A stretch of 64,000 nt of DNA from Vulcanimicrobiota bacterium. GTDB lineage: Bacteria; Vulcanimicrobiota; Xenobia; Xenobiales; JADMJV01. Below the pieces are notes generated by a model. That model was given only the letters and a program-made list of their open reading frames with translations. It was not told where the DNA came from and ran no database searches. Where the stretch lies: positions 170,986 through 234,985 of the forward strand of contig JBFWNU010000003.1 of the NCBI GenBank assembly GCA_050250895.1. The letters run 5' to 3'. Of this stretch, positions 28,716 through 37,987 are shown piece after piece (position 1 is the first letter of the stretch; every line of letters begins with the position of its first letter). A program made the translations under genes and the position numbers.

Positions 28716-30250
28716 TAGCGGATACTGAGGTCGCTGCCGGCCGTGGTGGGAAAGCGCGGCGGCGGTTCGTTAGCTAGCGTCGCATCATAGATGATGTTGG
28801 GCGTGCCGTAGCCGTTCAGGCCACCCATGCCGGCCAGGGTGGTCCCGTCCGCCGGATTGAACAGGTTGTAGTCGGGAGTGTGTCCGCTCGAGATGCCGCC
28901 ATAGATGGCCATGCGTCCCGGGGCGCTGGTGGTGGCATTCTGCACCGAAAGCCGGTCGCGGGCCATGATGGTGGCATAGAGCGAGAGAGGATCGGTCGAG
29001 TTGCGAGGGATGAGAGCGGTGTTGCCGGTGATCTCGACCCGATTGGCCACGATGCCGAGTCGATCGCTGGTCGAGGTGGGCTTGCTGCCATCCGGGGTGT
29101 CGGCGCGCAAGATGTCGCCGGTGATGACGATGTTCTTCAGAGCGGCGTGGTCGACCGCCACCGTGTGGGCGTTCTTGTTGGTGCCCGAGAAGCTGGCGAT
29201 GTTGCCGTTAGAGAAGATGACTCCGGTGCCCATCCCGGGCACGGTGACAGGCGCACCAGAAGGCGGAGTGACGATGCGCGTGCTCGAGACGGAGTCCTCT
29301 TCGACGGTGGTCGTCTGACCGGCCTGAACGATGGTGAGGACGAAGTTGCCCGAGCCGTTCACGTTCATGGTCATGGCATCGACATCGCCATCGATAAAGA
29401 CTCCGCCGGCGGGGTTGACGGTCACACCGGCGGGAGGGGCCGGAGGCGGGTTGCCGCCCCAGGCGGCCGAGGCCTGGGCGATGGCGCTGGTGGGCATGGG
29501 AATGGGAGCAACGCCTGCTTGCACCTCGCTGAGGCCGCCGGTCACCAGGCGGTCGTACCCGTCCCCGTACGAATACGGCGCGTTGGAACTCGAGTAGTAG
29601 TGGATGCCATCGGGGCTGCTGGCATCTACGCCTGAGCTGGTGATCCGCCCATCGATGGCCGGTGTCGCCGGAGCAGGCCCGGTGAAATAGCTCTGACTGA
29701 TGTACATCCGCAACACGCCGTTGTGATGAACCGGGCCCTCGCTCTTCCAGCCCTGGCCGATGACGACATCCCAAAGCCCGCCCGAGGACAGGTCGGTGAA
29801 TTCTCCGAACTCGGCGAAGCTCTGGCCGGCCTGGACCCAGGCCACGATCTGCCAGCGATCGCCGCCATCGCGCGAGGCCCGCGAGGTCAGGCGATAGAGA
29901 CGAATGGTGTCGATGCCGTTGGGTGGCGTTTGGGGGTCGGCCTCGATCTGGCAAGACCAGTCCCAGTTGCCCAGGCTGCCGGTGCGCACCGGCGAGGGCG
30001 TGACCGTGTTGCACGGTTCGCCAGCGTTGGCCAGGGTGTGAGCGATCCAGGCCATCGAATCGCGCACGCCCGCATCGGCGGCCAGCGACGCCTCGGTGTC
30101 GATGCGATTCTTGGTGGCCGCCGCCAGGTCGGTGGGCACCACCAGCATGAAGCCCGCGGCCAGGCCCGTCAACAGGAGAACTCCCAGCAGCGCCACCATC
30201 ATCGCGGCGCCTCGTCGTGAAATTGATACCACCTGGGAACTATAGCACAT
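28694..30250 (-). CDS. large PilX/ComZ-like pilus-associated protein (copy 1)
   Basis: The N-terminus (SISRRGAAMMVALLGVLLLTGLAAGFMLV) resembles the PilX N-terminal domain. It is followed by a ~480-aa beta-rich region with solenoid-like repeats (NIVITGDI, RVEITGNTA). The start codon (30248-30250) is flush with the duplication junction; alternative start at 30202. Confidence 0.6.
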   Translation of the reverse strand: MCYSSQVVSISRRGAAMMVALLGVLLLTGLAAGFMLVVPTDLAAATKNRIDTEASLAADAGVRDSMAWIAHTLANAGEPCNTVTPSPVRTGSLGNWDWSCQIEADPQTPPNGIDTIRLYRLTSRASRDGGDRWQIVAWVQAGQSFAEFGEFTDLSSGGLWDVVIGQGWKSEGPVHHNGVLRMYISQSYFTGPAPATPAIDGRITSSGVDASSPDGIHYYSSSNAPYSYGDGYDRLVTGGLSEVQAGVAPIPMPTSAIAQASAAWGGNPPPAPPAGVTVNPAGGVFIDGDVDAMTMNVNGSGNFVLTIVQAGQTTTVEEDSVSSTRIVTPPSGAPVTVPGMGTGVIFSNGNIASFSGTNKNAHTVAVDHAALKNIVITGDILRADTPDGSKPTSTSDRLGIVANRVEITGNTALIPRNSTDPLSLYATIMARDRLSVQNATTSAPGRMAIYGGISSGHTPDYNLFNPADGTTLAGMGGLNGYGTPNIIYDATLANEPPPRFPTTAGSDLSIRYWHEAPL

Positions 30251-30252
30251 TC

Positions 30253-30832
30253 GTGCGACCTCGAGCAAGAGGCGCAACTCGACCCCGACAACAAGATCTA
30301 TACCGTCCGCAGCATGAATCCCCTCACCTACATGAATCCCGATCCCAACAAGCAAACGCAGGTGAACAAAGGCACCGGCAAGATGTCGACCAACGTCAAG
30401 GTGCAGGACAAAGGGGTCGAGAAGGTGGCCCAGGTCAACGCTCACCACTGGATCGTCGACTCGCAGATGAAAGGCACCGGTTGCATCGGTAACTTCGATT
30501 ACAAGAGCACCCGCGAGTTCTGGACCTCGGACCTGCCGTCGTTCTCCTGCCCCATCTACAACGGCTCCTGGACCAGCCAGACCATCAACGAGTGCAAGGT
30601 CACTAACGAGATGACCGGCGATGTGGCCAAGTTCATGGAGGCGATGTCCCACGAGGTGGTCAAAGAAATCATCTATGTCGACGGCAAGCCGAGCATGACC
30701 CGCGAGCTGGTCGACTTTTCCAAAGCCGCTCTCGAGGATTCGCTGTTTAGCCTCGACGGCTATCGCAAGGTGTCTGACGCCGAATTTCAGGCGGCTCAGC
30801 AGAAGAAGATGATGGAGATGTACCAGCGTTGA
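30253..30832 (+). pseudogene. 5'-truncated copy of the lipoprotein gene 24316..25098
   Basis: Begins at the duplication junction in frame with the parent gene and lacks a signal peptide and start region. Confidence 0.65.
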
Positions 30833-31317
30833 GGTGGCTCATCTGTATTCTCTTGGCGCTGGCCGCGCCGGGTTGGGCCCAACTGCGCGACCTGGACGGA
30901 GCGACCCATTCGGTGGCCGGGCTGGCCGCCGGGCAGAAAGCCACGGTGTTGGTGGTGTGGTGCAGTCGCTGTCACAGCTGCCGGGGCGTCGAGAACGATC
31001 TGGCCGCCTTCTCGCGCGACGGAGTCAGGCTGTTTGCGGTCGACCCGCATCCAGCCGACGACGCCCAGCGAGTGCGCTCGTTTCTGGCCGAGCAGGGCCT
31101 GAGTCTCGAGGTCTTGCTCGACTCTGACCAGAGCTTTCTGCGCCAGTATCAGATCGACCGCACCACCACCGCCCTGGTCTTCGACCAGACTGGAAAGCTT
31201 CGCTACTTCGGCCCCTTCCAAGACTATGCGGCGGAAGCCGTCGACGAGGTCCTGGGCGGGCAAGAGGTTACGGTGTCGACTCGTCCATTGCAGGGGTGCC
31301 CGATTCCTCGCCCTTAG
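30829..31317 (+). CDS. thioredoxin-like redoxin (duplicate copy)
   Basis: Identical to 25095..25583. Confidence 0.75.
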   Translation: MRWLICILLALAAPGWAQLRDLDGATHSVAGLAAGQKATVLVVWCSRCHSCRGVENDLAAFSRDGVRLFAVDPHPADDAQRVRSFLAEQGLSLEVLLDSDQSFLRQYQIDRTTTALVFDQTGKLRYFGPFQDYAAEAVDEVLGGQEVTVSTRPLQGCPIPRP

Positions 31318-31393
31318 GATAAGTGGACCCATTCGGGCCATTTCTAGGGCCATGCGCAGGAACCCCTCCGGACTGCGGGAAGAACGGTATTCG

Positions 31394-32554
31394 ATGAACT
31401 TCGTTTATCTGTCCCCCCATTTTCCCCCGAATTACCAGGCCTTTTGTATCGAGCTGCGTTTGCAGGGGGCGAATGTGCTGGGTCTGGCCGAGGCTCCGTA
31501 TGATTCTCTCTCGCCCCGTTTGCGCAACGTCTTGACCGAGTATTATCGGGTCGACGACATGCACGACTATGATCAGCTGGTGCGGGCGTTGGGCTATTTC
31601 ACGCACCAGTACGGCAAAATCGACCGGCTCGAATCGCACGCCGAGTACTGGCTCGAGACCGAGGCCAGGCTGCGCACCGACTTCAACATCACCGGTCTGC
31701 GCGCCCACGACCTGCCCACCATGAAGCGCAAGTCGCTGATGAAGCAGAAGTTCATCGAGGCCGGCGTCGAGGTGGTTCGCGGCGAGGTCGCCCGCGATCG
31801 CAATCACGCCCTCAAGATCGCTAAGAAGCTGGGCTTTCCGCTGGTGGCCAAGCCCGACATCGGGGTGGGAGCGGCCGGAACTTTTCGTTTCGACGATGCC
31901 GACGCTTTGAGCGCGTTCTACGAGCAGAGCCATCCTCACGACTACATCCTCGAGCAATACATCGACGGCGTGTTGACCAGCTTCGATGGCCTGGTCGACC
32001 GCGATGGCAAGCCGGTGTTGCTGGCCTCGCACGTGTTCTCGGACGGAATCATGGACGTGGTCAGCCAGGACCTCGACATGTTTTACTACTCCGAGCGCGA
32101 GCTGCCCCAGGACCTCGAGCAGGCCGGCCGGGCGGTGCTGGCCGCCTATGGCCTGACCGAACGATTCTTCCATTTCGAGTTCATCCGTCGCCACAGCGAC
32201 CAGAAGCTGGTCGGCCTCGAGGTCAACATGCGCCCGCCGGGAGGGTTGACCACCGACATGTTCAACTTCGCCAACGACATCGATATCTATCGCCAGTGGG
32301 CCCGAGTGGTAGTGGGCAAGTCGTTCGAACCCGATCCGGCCCGGCCGTTTCATTGCTGCTACATCGGTCGCAAGGACAACCGCACCTACCGCCACGACCA
32401 CGATCAGGTGTTGGCCCGGGCGGGCGACTTGCTGTGCCACGAGGAGCGGGTCCAATCGGTCTTTCGGGGGGCCATCGGGGATCACGGCTATCTGCTACGT
32501 TCACCCCAATTGAACGACTTGCTAGAGGTAGCCAACTACGCTTTGGAGAGCTAG
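31394..32554 (+). CDS. ATP-grasp ligase (duplicate copy)
   Basis: Identical to 25660..26820. Confidence 0.8.
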   Translation: MNFVYLSPHFPPNYQAFCIELRLQGANVLGLAEAPYDSLSPRLRNVLTEYYRVDDMHDYDQLVRALGYFTHQYGKIDRLESHAEYWLETEARLRTDFNITGLRAHDLPTMKRKSLMKQKFIEAGVEVVRGEVARDRNHALKIAKKLGFPLVAKPDIGVGAAGTFRFDDADALSAFYEQSHPHDYILEQYIDGVLTSFDGLVDRDGKPVLLASHVFSDGIMDVVSQDLDMFYYSERELPQDLEQAGRAVLAAYGLTERFFHFEFIRRHSDQKLVGLEVNMRPPGGLTTDMFNFANDIDIYRQWARVVVGKSFEPDPARPFHCCYIGRKDNRTYRHDHDQVLARAGDLLCHEERVQSVFRGAIGDHGYLLRSPQLNDLLEVANYALES

Positions 32555-33286
32555 ATGTACGAAACCCATCGCTGGTGGAGCCCCCACCTGGGGCAAGACA
32601 TGGAATTTCGGGTCTACGGCCATGCTGGCAAGCCCGCCATCGTCTTCCCTTCGCAAGAGGGGCGTTTCTTCGAGTATCACGACTTCGGCATGGTCGAGGC
32701 GGTCAAGCCGTGGCTCGACCAGGGCCGGTTGCGCCTGGTCACGGTCGATGGCATCGACGGCCAGAGCTGGCTTAACAACGACATTCATCCTCACCATCGC
32801 GCTTTGCGGGCTCACGCTTACGACGCCTACATCATGAACGAGATCGTGCCGTTCGTCGAAGCCATGGCTCCCGATCAGGGCATCATGCTCACGGGTTGCT
32901 CGATGGGTGGTTACCACTCGGCCAACGTCTTTTTCCGCCACCCCGGCCGCTTCGACACTTTGATCGCCATCAGCGGAGTCTATCGGCTGATGCTGTTCAT
33001 TGGCGACTACATGGACGAGGAGGTCTACTTCCACGTGCCCCTGGCCTACCTGCCCAACCTGCACGACCCGGCGGCGCTCGAGGCTATGCGCCGAGCCCGC
33101 ATCGTGGTGGTGGTGGGTCAGGGAGCCTGGGAGCACGACATGGTCCACGACACCCGCGCCCTCGAGCAGATCCTCCAGTCCAAGAACGTCCCGGCCCGCT
33201 TTGACTATTGGGGCCACGATGTCGACCACGACTGGCCCTGGTGGCGCAAGATGATGCCCCACTTCCTGACCGAACTGGGCATCTAA
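32555..33286 (+). CDS. esterase family hydrolase (duplicate copy)
   Basis: Identical to 26821..27552. Confidence 0.8.
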   Translation: MYETHRWWSPHLGQDMEFRVYGHAGKPAIVFPSQEGRFFEYHDFGMVEAVKPWLDQGRLRLVTVDGIDGQSWLNNDIHPHHRALRAHAYDAYIMNEIVPFVEAMAPDQGIMLTGCSMGGYHSANVFFRHPGRFDTLIAISGVYRLMLFIGDYMDEEVYFHVPLAYLPNLHDPAALEAMRRARIVVVVGQGAWEHDMVHDTRALEQILQSKNVPARFDYWGHDVDHDWPWWRKMMPHFLTELGI

Positions 33287-33457
33287 CCCTGAGCGGCCTC
33301 TCTGGCCGCTTTCAACCTCGGCATGAGGCTGGGGTGTAAAGTACCGAGCTTCGGGTTCTGCCCGTGGCGCGGACGAGGTGGGACCGCAAACCATTGTCAA
33401 TTTGCCTCTTTGGATATCAAGAAGATGTCATGTGAGGAGCGGTTTGTCCACTTCGGA

Positions 33458-34012
33458 TTATTTGAAGGGCAATTGGATGCTGGTCGTGGTTTGCGACGTC
33501 TGGTCGCGGCTCTGGCCCGAAGCTCCGCGGATGGTGGTGCTGCCTTCGATGGTGGCGGTCACCACCGTGTCGGACAGGCGGTCGACCTCGAAGCTGCTGA
33601 TTTGCCGTCCCAGGATTCGCTGGGGCGCGGCGCCATAGACACTTTCCAGCACCAGCGTCTCGGGGCCGGCCACCTGACGGATGCGAAAGAGTTCATAAAC
33701 GGGGCTGCGCGGATCGAAGGGAGTGGCCGGGTCCATCAGCTCGGCCGGGGCACAGAAGATGACCTCAGAAGCGGTAGCGCCTACTCCAGGAGCATAGATC
33801 GCGGTCTGGATTTCGCTGGGGGCGACCGCCGAGCGCAAGATCAGGCTGCTGCGTTTGGTGGCTTCGCGCAATTGGATCTCCATCTCGACTCGCTGCGTGC
33901 CCTGATGGCTGGAAGCGATGAAGCCTCTGAGGGCAAAGGCGAACATGGCTCCGATGATGCTCAAGAGAGCGACCGACACCAGCAGTTCAGCGATGGTAAA
34001 GCCTCGCCTCAT
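33458..34012 (-). CDS. type IV pilin-like protein (duplicate copy)
   Basis: Identical to 27724..28278. Confidence 0.8.
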   Translation of the reverse strand: MRRGFTIAELLVSVALLSIIGAMFAFALRGFIASSHQGTQRVEMEIQLREATKRSSLILRSAVAPSEIQTAIYAPGVGATASEVIFCAPAELMDPATPFDPRSPVYELFRIRQVAGPETLVLESVYGAAPQRILGRQISSFEVDRLSDTVVTATIEGSTTIRGASGQSRDQTSQTTTSIQLPFK

Positions 34013-34449
34013 GGAGCCCGATGCAATCCTTTGAGAGTCACCCCGTGCTCGACGCCTTTACTTTCCCAATAGAGATTGACCGTGACTTCGAAGAGAAGAT
34101 AGCCGTAGTTGGCGGGATTGGTGTCCTGTCGAACCATCTGGAGGTTGCGGGTGTAGCCGGTGCCGGCCGGAAAATTGGCCGTGAAGGGAGCGGCCTCGAG
34201 GGCCACGCGAGCGTTGATGGGGTCATTGATAGGAGCCACCTCGGGAAGGTTGCCGACCCGAACCAGATCGAGCACCTGTCGCGCCACACCCAGGGCTTCA
34301 TCGGTCTTGGCCGCCTGCTGGGCGCCGCGAAAAGCCGAGATGATCACTCCCAGCAAAGCCAGCAGCACCAGGCCAAGCACGGCCACGGCCACGATGGTTT
34401 CGAGCAGACTCAGGCCACGCGGCGATTTCACAGCGGCGCCTCGTGCCAA
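34009..34449 (-). CDS. type IV pilin-like protein (duplicate copy)
   Basis: Identical to 28275..28715. Confidence 0.8.
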   Translation of the reverse strand: MARGAAVKSPRGLSLLETIVAVAVLGLVLLALLGVIISAFRGAQQAAKTDEALGVARQVLDLVRVGNLPEVAPINDPINARVALEAAPFTANFPAGTGYTRNLQMVRQDTNPANYGYLLFEVTVNLYWESKGVEHGVTLKGLHRAP

Positions 34450-35984
34450 TAGCGGATACTGAGGTCGCTGCCGGCCGTGGTGGGAAAGCGCGGCGGCGGT
34501 TCGTTAGCTAGCGTCGCATCATAGATGATGTTGGGCGTGCCGTAGCCGTTCAGGCCACCCATGCCGGCCAGGGTGGTCCCGTCCGCCGGATTGAACAGGT
34601 TGTAGTCGGGAGTGTGTCCGCTCGAGATGCCGCCATAGATGGCCATGCGTCCCGGGGCGCTGGTGGTGGCATTCTGCACCGAAAGCCGGTCGCGGGCCAT
34701 GATGGTGGCATAGAGCGAGAGAGGATCGGTCGAGTTGCGAGGGATGAGAGCGGTGTTGCCGGTGATCTCGACCCGATTGGCCACGATGCCGAGTCGATCG
34801 CTGGTCGAGGTGGGCTTGCTGCCATCCGGGGTGTCGGCGCGCAAGATGTCGCCGGTGATGACGATGTTCTTCAGAGCGGCGTGGTCGACCGCCACCGTGT
34901 GGGCGTTCTTGTTGGTGCCCGAGAAGCTGGCGATGTTGCCGTTAGAGAAGATGACTCCGGTGCCCATCCCGGGCACGGTGACAGGCGCACCAGAAGGCGG
35001 AGTGACGATGCGCGTGCTCGAGACGGAGTCCTCTTCGACGGTGGTCGTCTGACCGGCCTGAACGATGGTGAGGACGAAGTTGCCCGAGCCGTTCACGTTC
35101 ATGGTCATGGCATCGACATCGCCATCGATAAAGACTCCGCCGGCGGGGTTGACGGTCACACCGGCGGGAGGGGCCGGAGGCGGGTTGCCGCCCCAGGCGG
35201 CCGAGGCCTGGGCGATGGCGCTGGTGGGCATGGGAATGGGAGCAACGCCTGCTTGCACCTCGCTGAGGCCGCCGGTCACCAGGCGGTCGTACCCGTCCCC
35301 GTACGAATACGGCGCGTTGGAACTCGAGTAGTAGTGGATGCCATCGGGGCTGCTGGCATCTACGCCTGAGCTGGTGATCCGCCCATCGATGGCCGGTGTC
35401 GCCGGAGCAGGCCCGGTGAAATAGCTCTGACTGATGTACATCCGCAACACGCCGTTGTGATGAACCGGGCCCTCGCTCTTCCAGCCCTGGCCGATGACGA
35501 CATCCCAAAGCCCGCCCGAGGACAGGTCGGTGAATTCTCCGAACTCGGCGAAGCTCTGGCCGGCCTGGACCCAGGCCACGATCTGCCAGCGATCGCCGCC
35601 ATCGCGCGAGGCCCGCGAGGTCAGGCGATAGAGACGAATGGTGTCGATGCCGTTGGGTGGCGTTTGGGGGTCGGCCTCGATCTGGCAAGACCAGTCCCAG
35701 TTGCCCAGGCTGCCGGTGCGCACCGGCGAGGGCGTGACCGTGTTGCACGGTTCGCCAGCGTTGGCCAGGGTGTGAGCGATCCAGGCCATCGAATCGCGCA
35801 CGCCCGCATCGGCGGCCAGCGACGCCTCGGTGTCGATGCGATTCTTGGTGGCCGCCGCCAGGTCGGTGGGCACCACCAGCATGAAGCCCGCGGCCAGGCC
35901 CGTCAACAGGAGAACTCCCAGCAGCGCCACCATCATCGCGGCGCCTCGTCGTGAAATTGATACCACCTGGGAACTATAGCACAT
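34428..35984 (-). CDS. large PilX/ComZ-like pilus-associated protein (copy 2, native upstream context)
   Basis: Identical to copy 1 from the same Met; it lies 38 nt downstream of the SEC-C gene on the same strand. Confidence 0.6.
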   Translation of the reverse strand: MCYSSQVVSISRRGAAMMVALLGVLLLTGLAAGFMLVVPTDLAAATKNRIDTEASLAADAGVRDSMAWIAHTLANAGEPCNTVTPSPVRTGSLGNWDWSCQIEADPQTPPNGIDTIRLYRLTSRASRDGGDRWQIVAWVQAGQSFAEFGEFTDLSSGGLWDVVIGQGWKSEGPVHHNGVLRMYISQSYFTGPAPATPAIDGRITSSGVDASSPDGIHYYSSSNAPYSYGDGYDRLVTGGLSEVQAGVAPIPMPTSAIAQASAAWGGNPPPAPPAGVTVNPAGGVFIDGDVDAMTMNVNGSGNFVLTIVQAGQTTTVEEDSVSSTRIVTPPSGAPVTVPGMGTGVIFSNGNIASFSGTNKNAHTVAVDHAALKNIVITGDILRADTPDGSKPTSTSDRLGIVANRVEITGNTALIPRNSTDPLSLYATIMARDRLSVQNATTSAPGRMAIYGGISSGHTPDYNLFNPADGTTLAGMGGLNGYGTPNIIYDATLANEPPPRFPTTAGSDLSIRYWHEAPL

Positions 35985-36022
35985 TCTCACGGTAGATGTC
36001 GGGGTCGTGAGCGAGAAGTGTC

Positions 36023-37981
36023 TCAGCGCAGACTTCGCTCCAGGTCGCGGCGGGGGATGAAGTCGACCACCTCGAGCTGTCCCTGCTCGAGCATGGGGCG
36101 CACCAACAAGCGGTGGTTGCGTCCGATTCTGAGCGAGCGCAAATCCGGCCGCAGCTTGAGACTCTTCATCTGGCTCAAGACCGACACCGAACCGGCACAT
36201 AGCTCGCCCAGTCTCATCAGGGCTTTGCGGCGCAGCTCCTCGTCGCAGCTTTGAAAGGCCTTCATTCCCCGAGGACTAAACAGCGGCAGTAGAGGTGGCC
36301 AGCTGATCGCTGGCGCGTCCTCTTCCAGCGAGTCCTCGACGGCACGAGCTACGGCGGGATCGGGTGAGGGCTGAGAGCTTGCCACCACTCTCGCTTGTTC
36401 ACGCAATCTCTTCCTCTCGGCGTTGCCCTCATGAAGCAAGCCTTTCAACTCCCTGACCCGCTCGCGCAGACGAATTGCTTCGGGGTCGTCTATCACCCGG
36501 GTAACTACTTCTGGCTGGCGGGCTAATTCTCGCTCGAGTTGCTTTTGTTTTGCGGCCAGCTCCGCTCGAAGTTTCTGGGCTGCTTGTTTAGCTTGGGCTA
36601 ACTCCGCTTGCAGCTGTTCGGTCGCGCGCGCCTGCTCTTCCGAGTGGGAATCATCTTCTTGGACTGTCTCTAGCCCTCGGTCCAGCTGGGCGTCAAGGAT
36701 GTCTTCGGCCAGGTCCCCAGGCGGTAAATTCAAACGGTCACGAGCCATCTCGATCTGATCTACCAGTCCGATAGAGTCGAGATCTCTCCCCATAATCAGG
36801 CCCCGGGCCAAGAGGATGCCGAGGGCTGGATATTTCTTGAGGATGACGTAGGTCAGATCGACCAGATCAGGCGTGTAGTCGCGAGCCAGAAGCTCGCCCA
36901 GCAGCTGCTCCAACTTGTCGAGGATGGGGGAATCGGTCTCGACCATCTCGAGTTCGAAGAGCTGGTCGGGCAAGACCTCGTCGCACTTTTCCATCTGGAT
37001 TCGGGCCCGCTCGTATTCCCCGGCCCGCAACAGCTGATCGACGAAGTCGAGACGGTGCCCAGGGTCACTCATGGGGCGTTCCAGGAACTCTTCGAGCGCC
37101 TGCTCAGCCGCCTCCCAGAGTCGATGGTCTTGCAGTCTGTGCCATACGAGCAGTAGCTGATGGTCGTCTTCAATCCTGGTAAAGTCGAGCTTGCAAAGCT
37201 CTCGAATCGGCAGGTCCGCCAGGTCGTGCGAGTCCAATAGGGCGGGGTCATTGCTCGGGATCATGCTGGTTGCGGAGGCCTCGTCCTCGTCGAGACAGCA
37301 TTTCTTGTATTTCTTGCCACTTCCACAGTGGCACGGGTCGTTACGGCCGACCTTCTTGGTGCTGCGCCGCACGGTGAAGCCGCTGGCGATTCTCATCAGC
37401 CGTTGCGGAAGCCGGTCCAGCACCGACTGGTGGAGAGGCTCGAGCAGCCGTCGGCCAAACCGCTCCGCCTGGGCCGAGCCGACCAGCCCGACCCAGCGCG
37501 AGGCAACTTCGTTTAGATGTTCGTCGTCGAGCCGCCGGGCGGCGATGCCGATGACCATGCCTGCCTCCATCGCCAGCGGCTTGCGACTGAGTTGTCGCAG
37601 CAGTTGTACGAGACGCCTGGGAGGAGACGGCCCCTCTAGAAGCTCCGTGCAAATCAAGAGGCAAAGGGCCTCTCTCTCGTGGCTCAGAGTGCCTCCCTCG
37701 ACGGCGTCGAGCAAAGCCTCCAGTTTGTTGCCGTCGGTGCAACCCAGAATGTTGAAGATGCTCTGTGGCTCTTCGAGGAAGGTGAGCCCGGGCACTACCA
37801 GCGAGACATCGAGCCGATGACCGGCCTGGGCGGCGGCCATCACTAGCGCTTCGACCGATTCCCCCCGGTCGATCAGCGCCTTGACCAGGGGCTCGAGCGG
37901 GCCCTCGAGGGCCTGGGCCAGGTTTTCAATTTCTGGCCTGGTGAGTGCGGTGGACCTGATTTTCTCTAATAGAGGCTCCAT
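36023..37981 (-). CDS. SEC-C motif protein with coiled coil and a RelE/ParE-like C-terminal segment
   Basis: RNDPCHCGSGKKYKKCC is a SEC-C metal-binding motif. A long coiled coil (AELAQAKQAAQKLRAELAAKQKQLERELA) follows. The C-terminal ...LRSLRIGRNHRLLVRPMLEQGQLEVVDFIPRRDLE resembles RelE/ParE toxin C-termini. Confidence 0.65.
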   Translation of the reverse strand: MEPLLEKIRSTALTRPEIENLAQALEGPLEPLVKALIDRGESVEALVMAAAQAGHRLDVSLVVPGLTFLEEPQSIFNILGCTDGNKLEALLDAVEGGTLSHEREALCLLICTELLEGPSPPRRLVQLLRQLSRKPLAMEAGMVIGIAARRLDDEHLNEVASRWVGLVGSAQAERFGRRLLEPLHQSVLDRLPQRLMRIASGFTVRRSTKKVGRNDPCHCGSGKKYKKCCLDEDEASATSMIPSNDPALLDSHDLADLPIRELCKLDFTRIEDDHQLLLVWHRLQDHRLWEAAEQALEEFLERPMSDPGHRLDFVDQLLRAGEYERARIQMEKCDEVLPDQLFELEMVETDSPILDKLEQLLGELLARDYTPDLVDLTYVILKKYPALGILLARGLIMGRDLDSIGLVDQIEMARDRLNLPPGDLAEDILDAQLDRGLETVQEDDSHSEEQARATEQLQAELAQAKQAAQKLRAELAAKQKQLERELARQPEVVTRVIDDPEAIRLRERVRELKGLLHEGNAERKRLREQARVVASSQPSPDPAVARAVEDSLEEDAPAISWPPLLPLFSPRGMKAFQSCDEELRRKALMRLGELCAGSVSVLSQMKSLKLRPDLRSLRIGRNHRLLVRPMLEQGQLEVVDFIPRRDLERSLR

Positions 37982-37987
37982 CTGACG

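Larger units (their letters stand above)
24519..30252. repeat. tandem duplication unit 1 (5,734 bp, 100% identical to 30253-35986)
   Basis: Sequence and all ORF translations are identical at an offset of 5,734 bp. Confidence 0.9.
30253..35986. repeat. tandem duplication unit 2
   Basis: Identical to 24519-30252. Confidence 0.9.
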
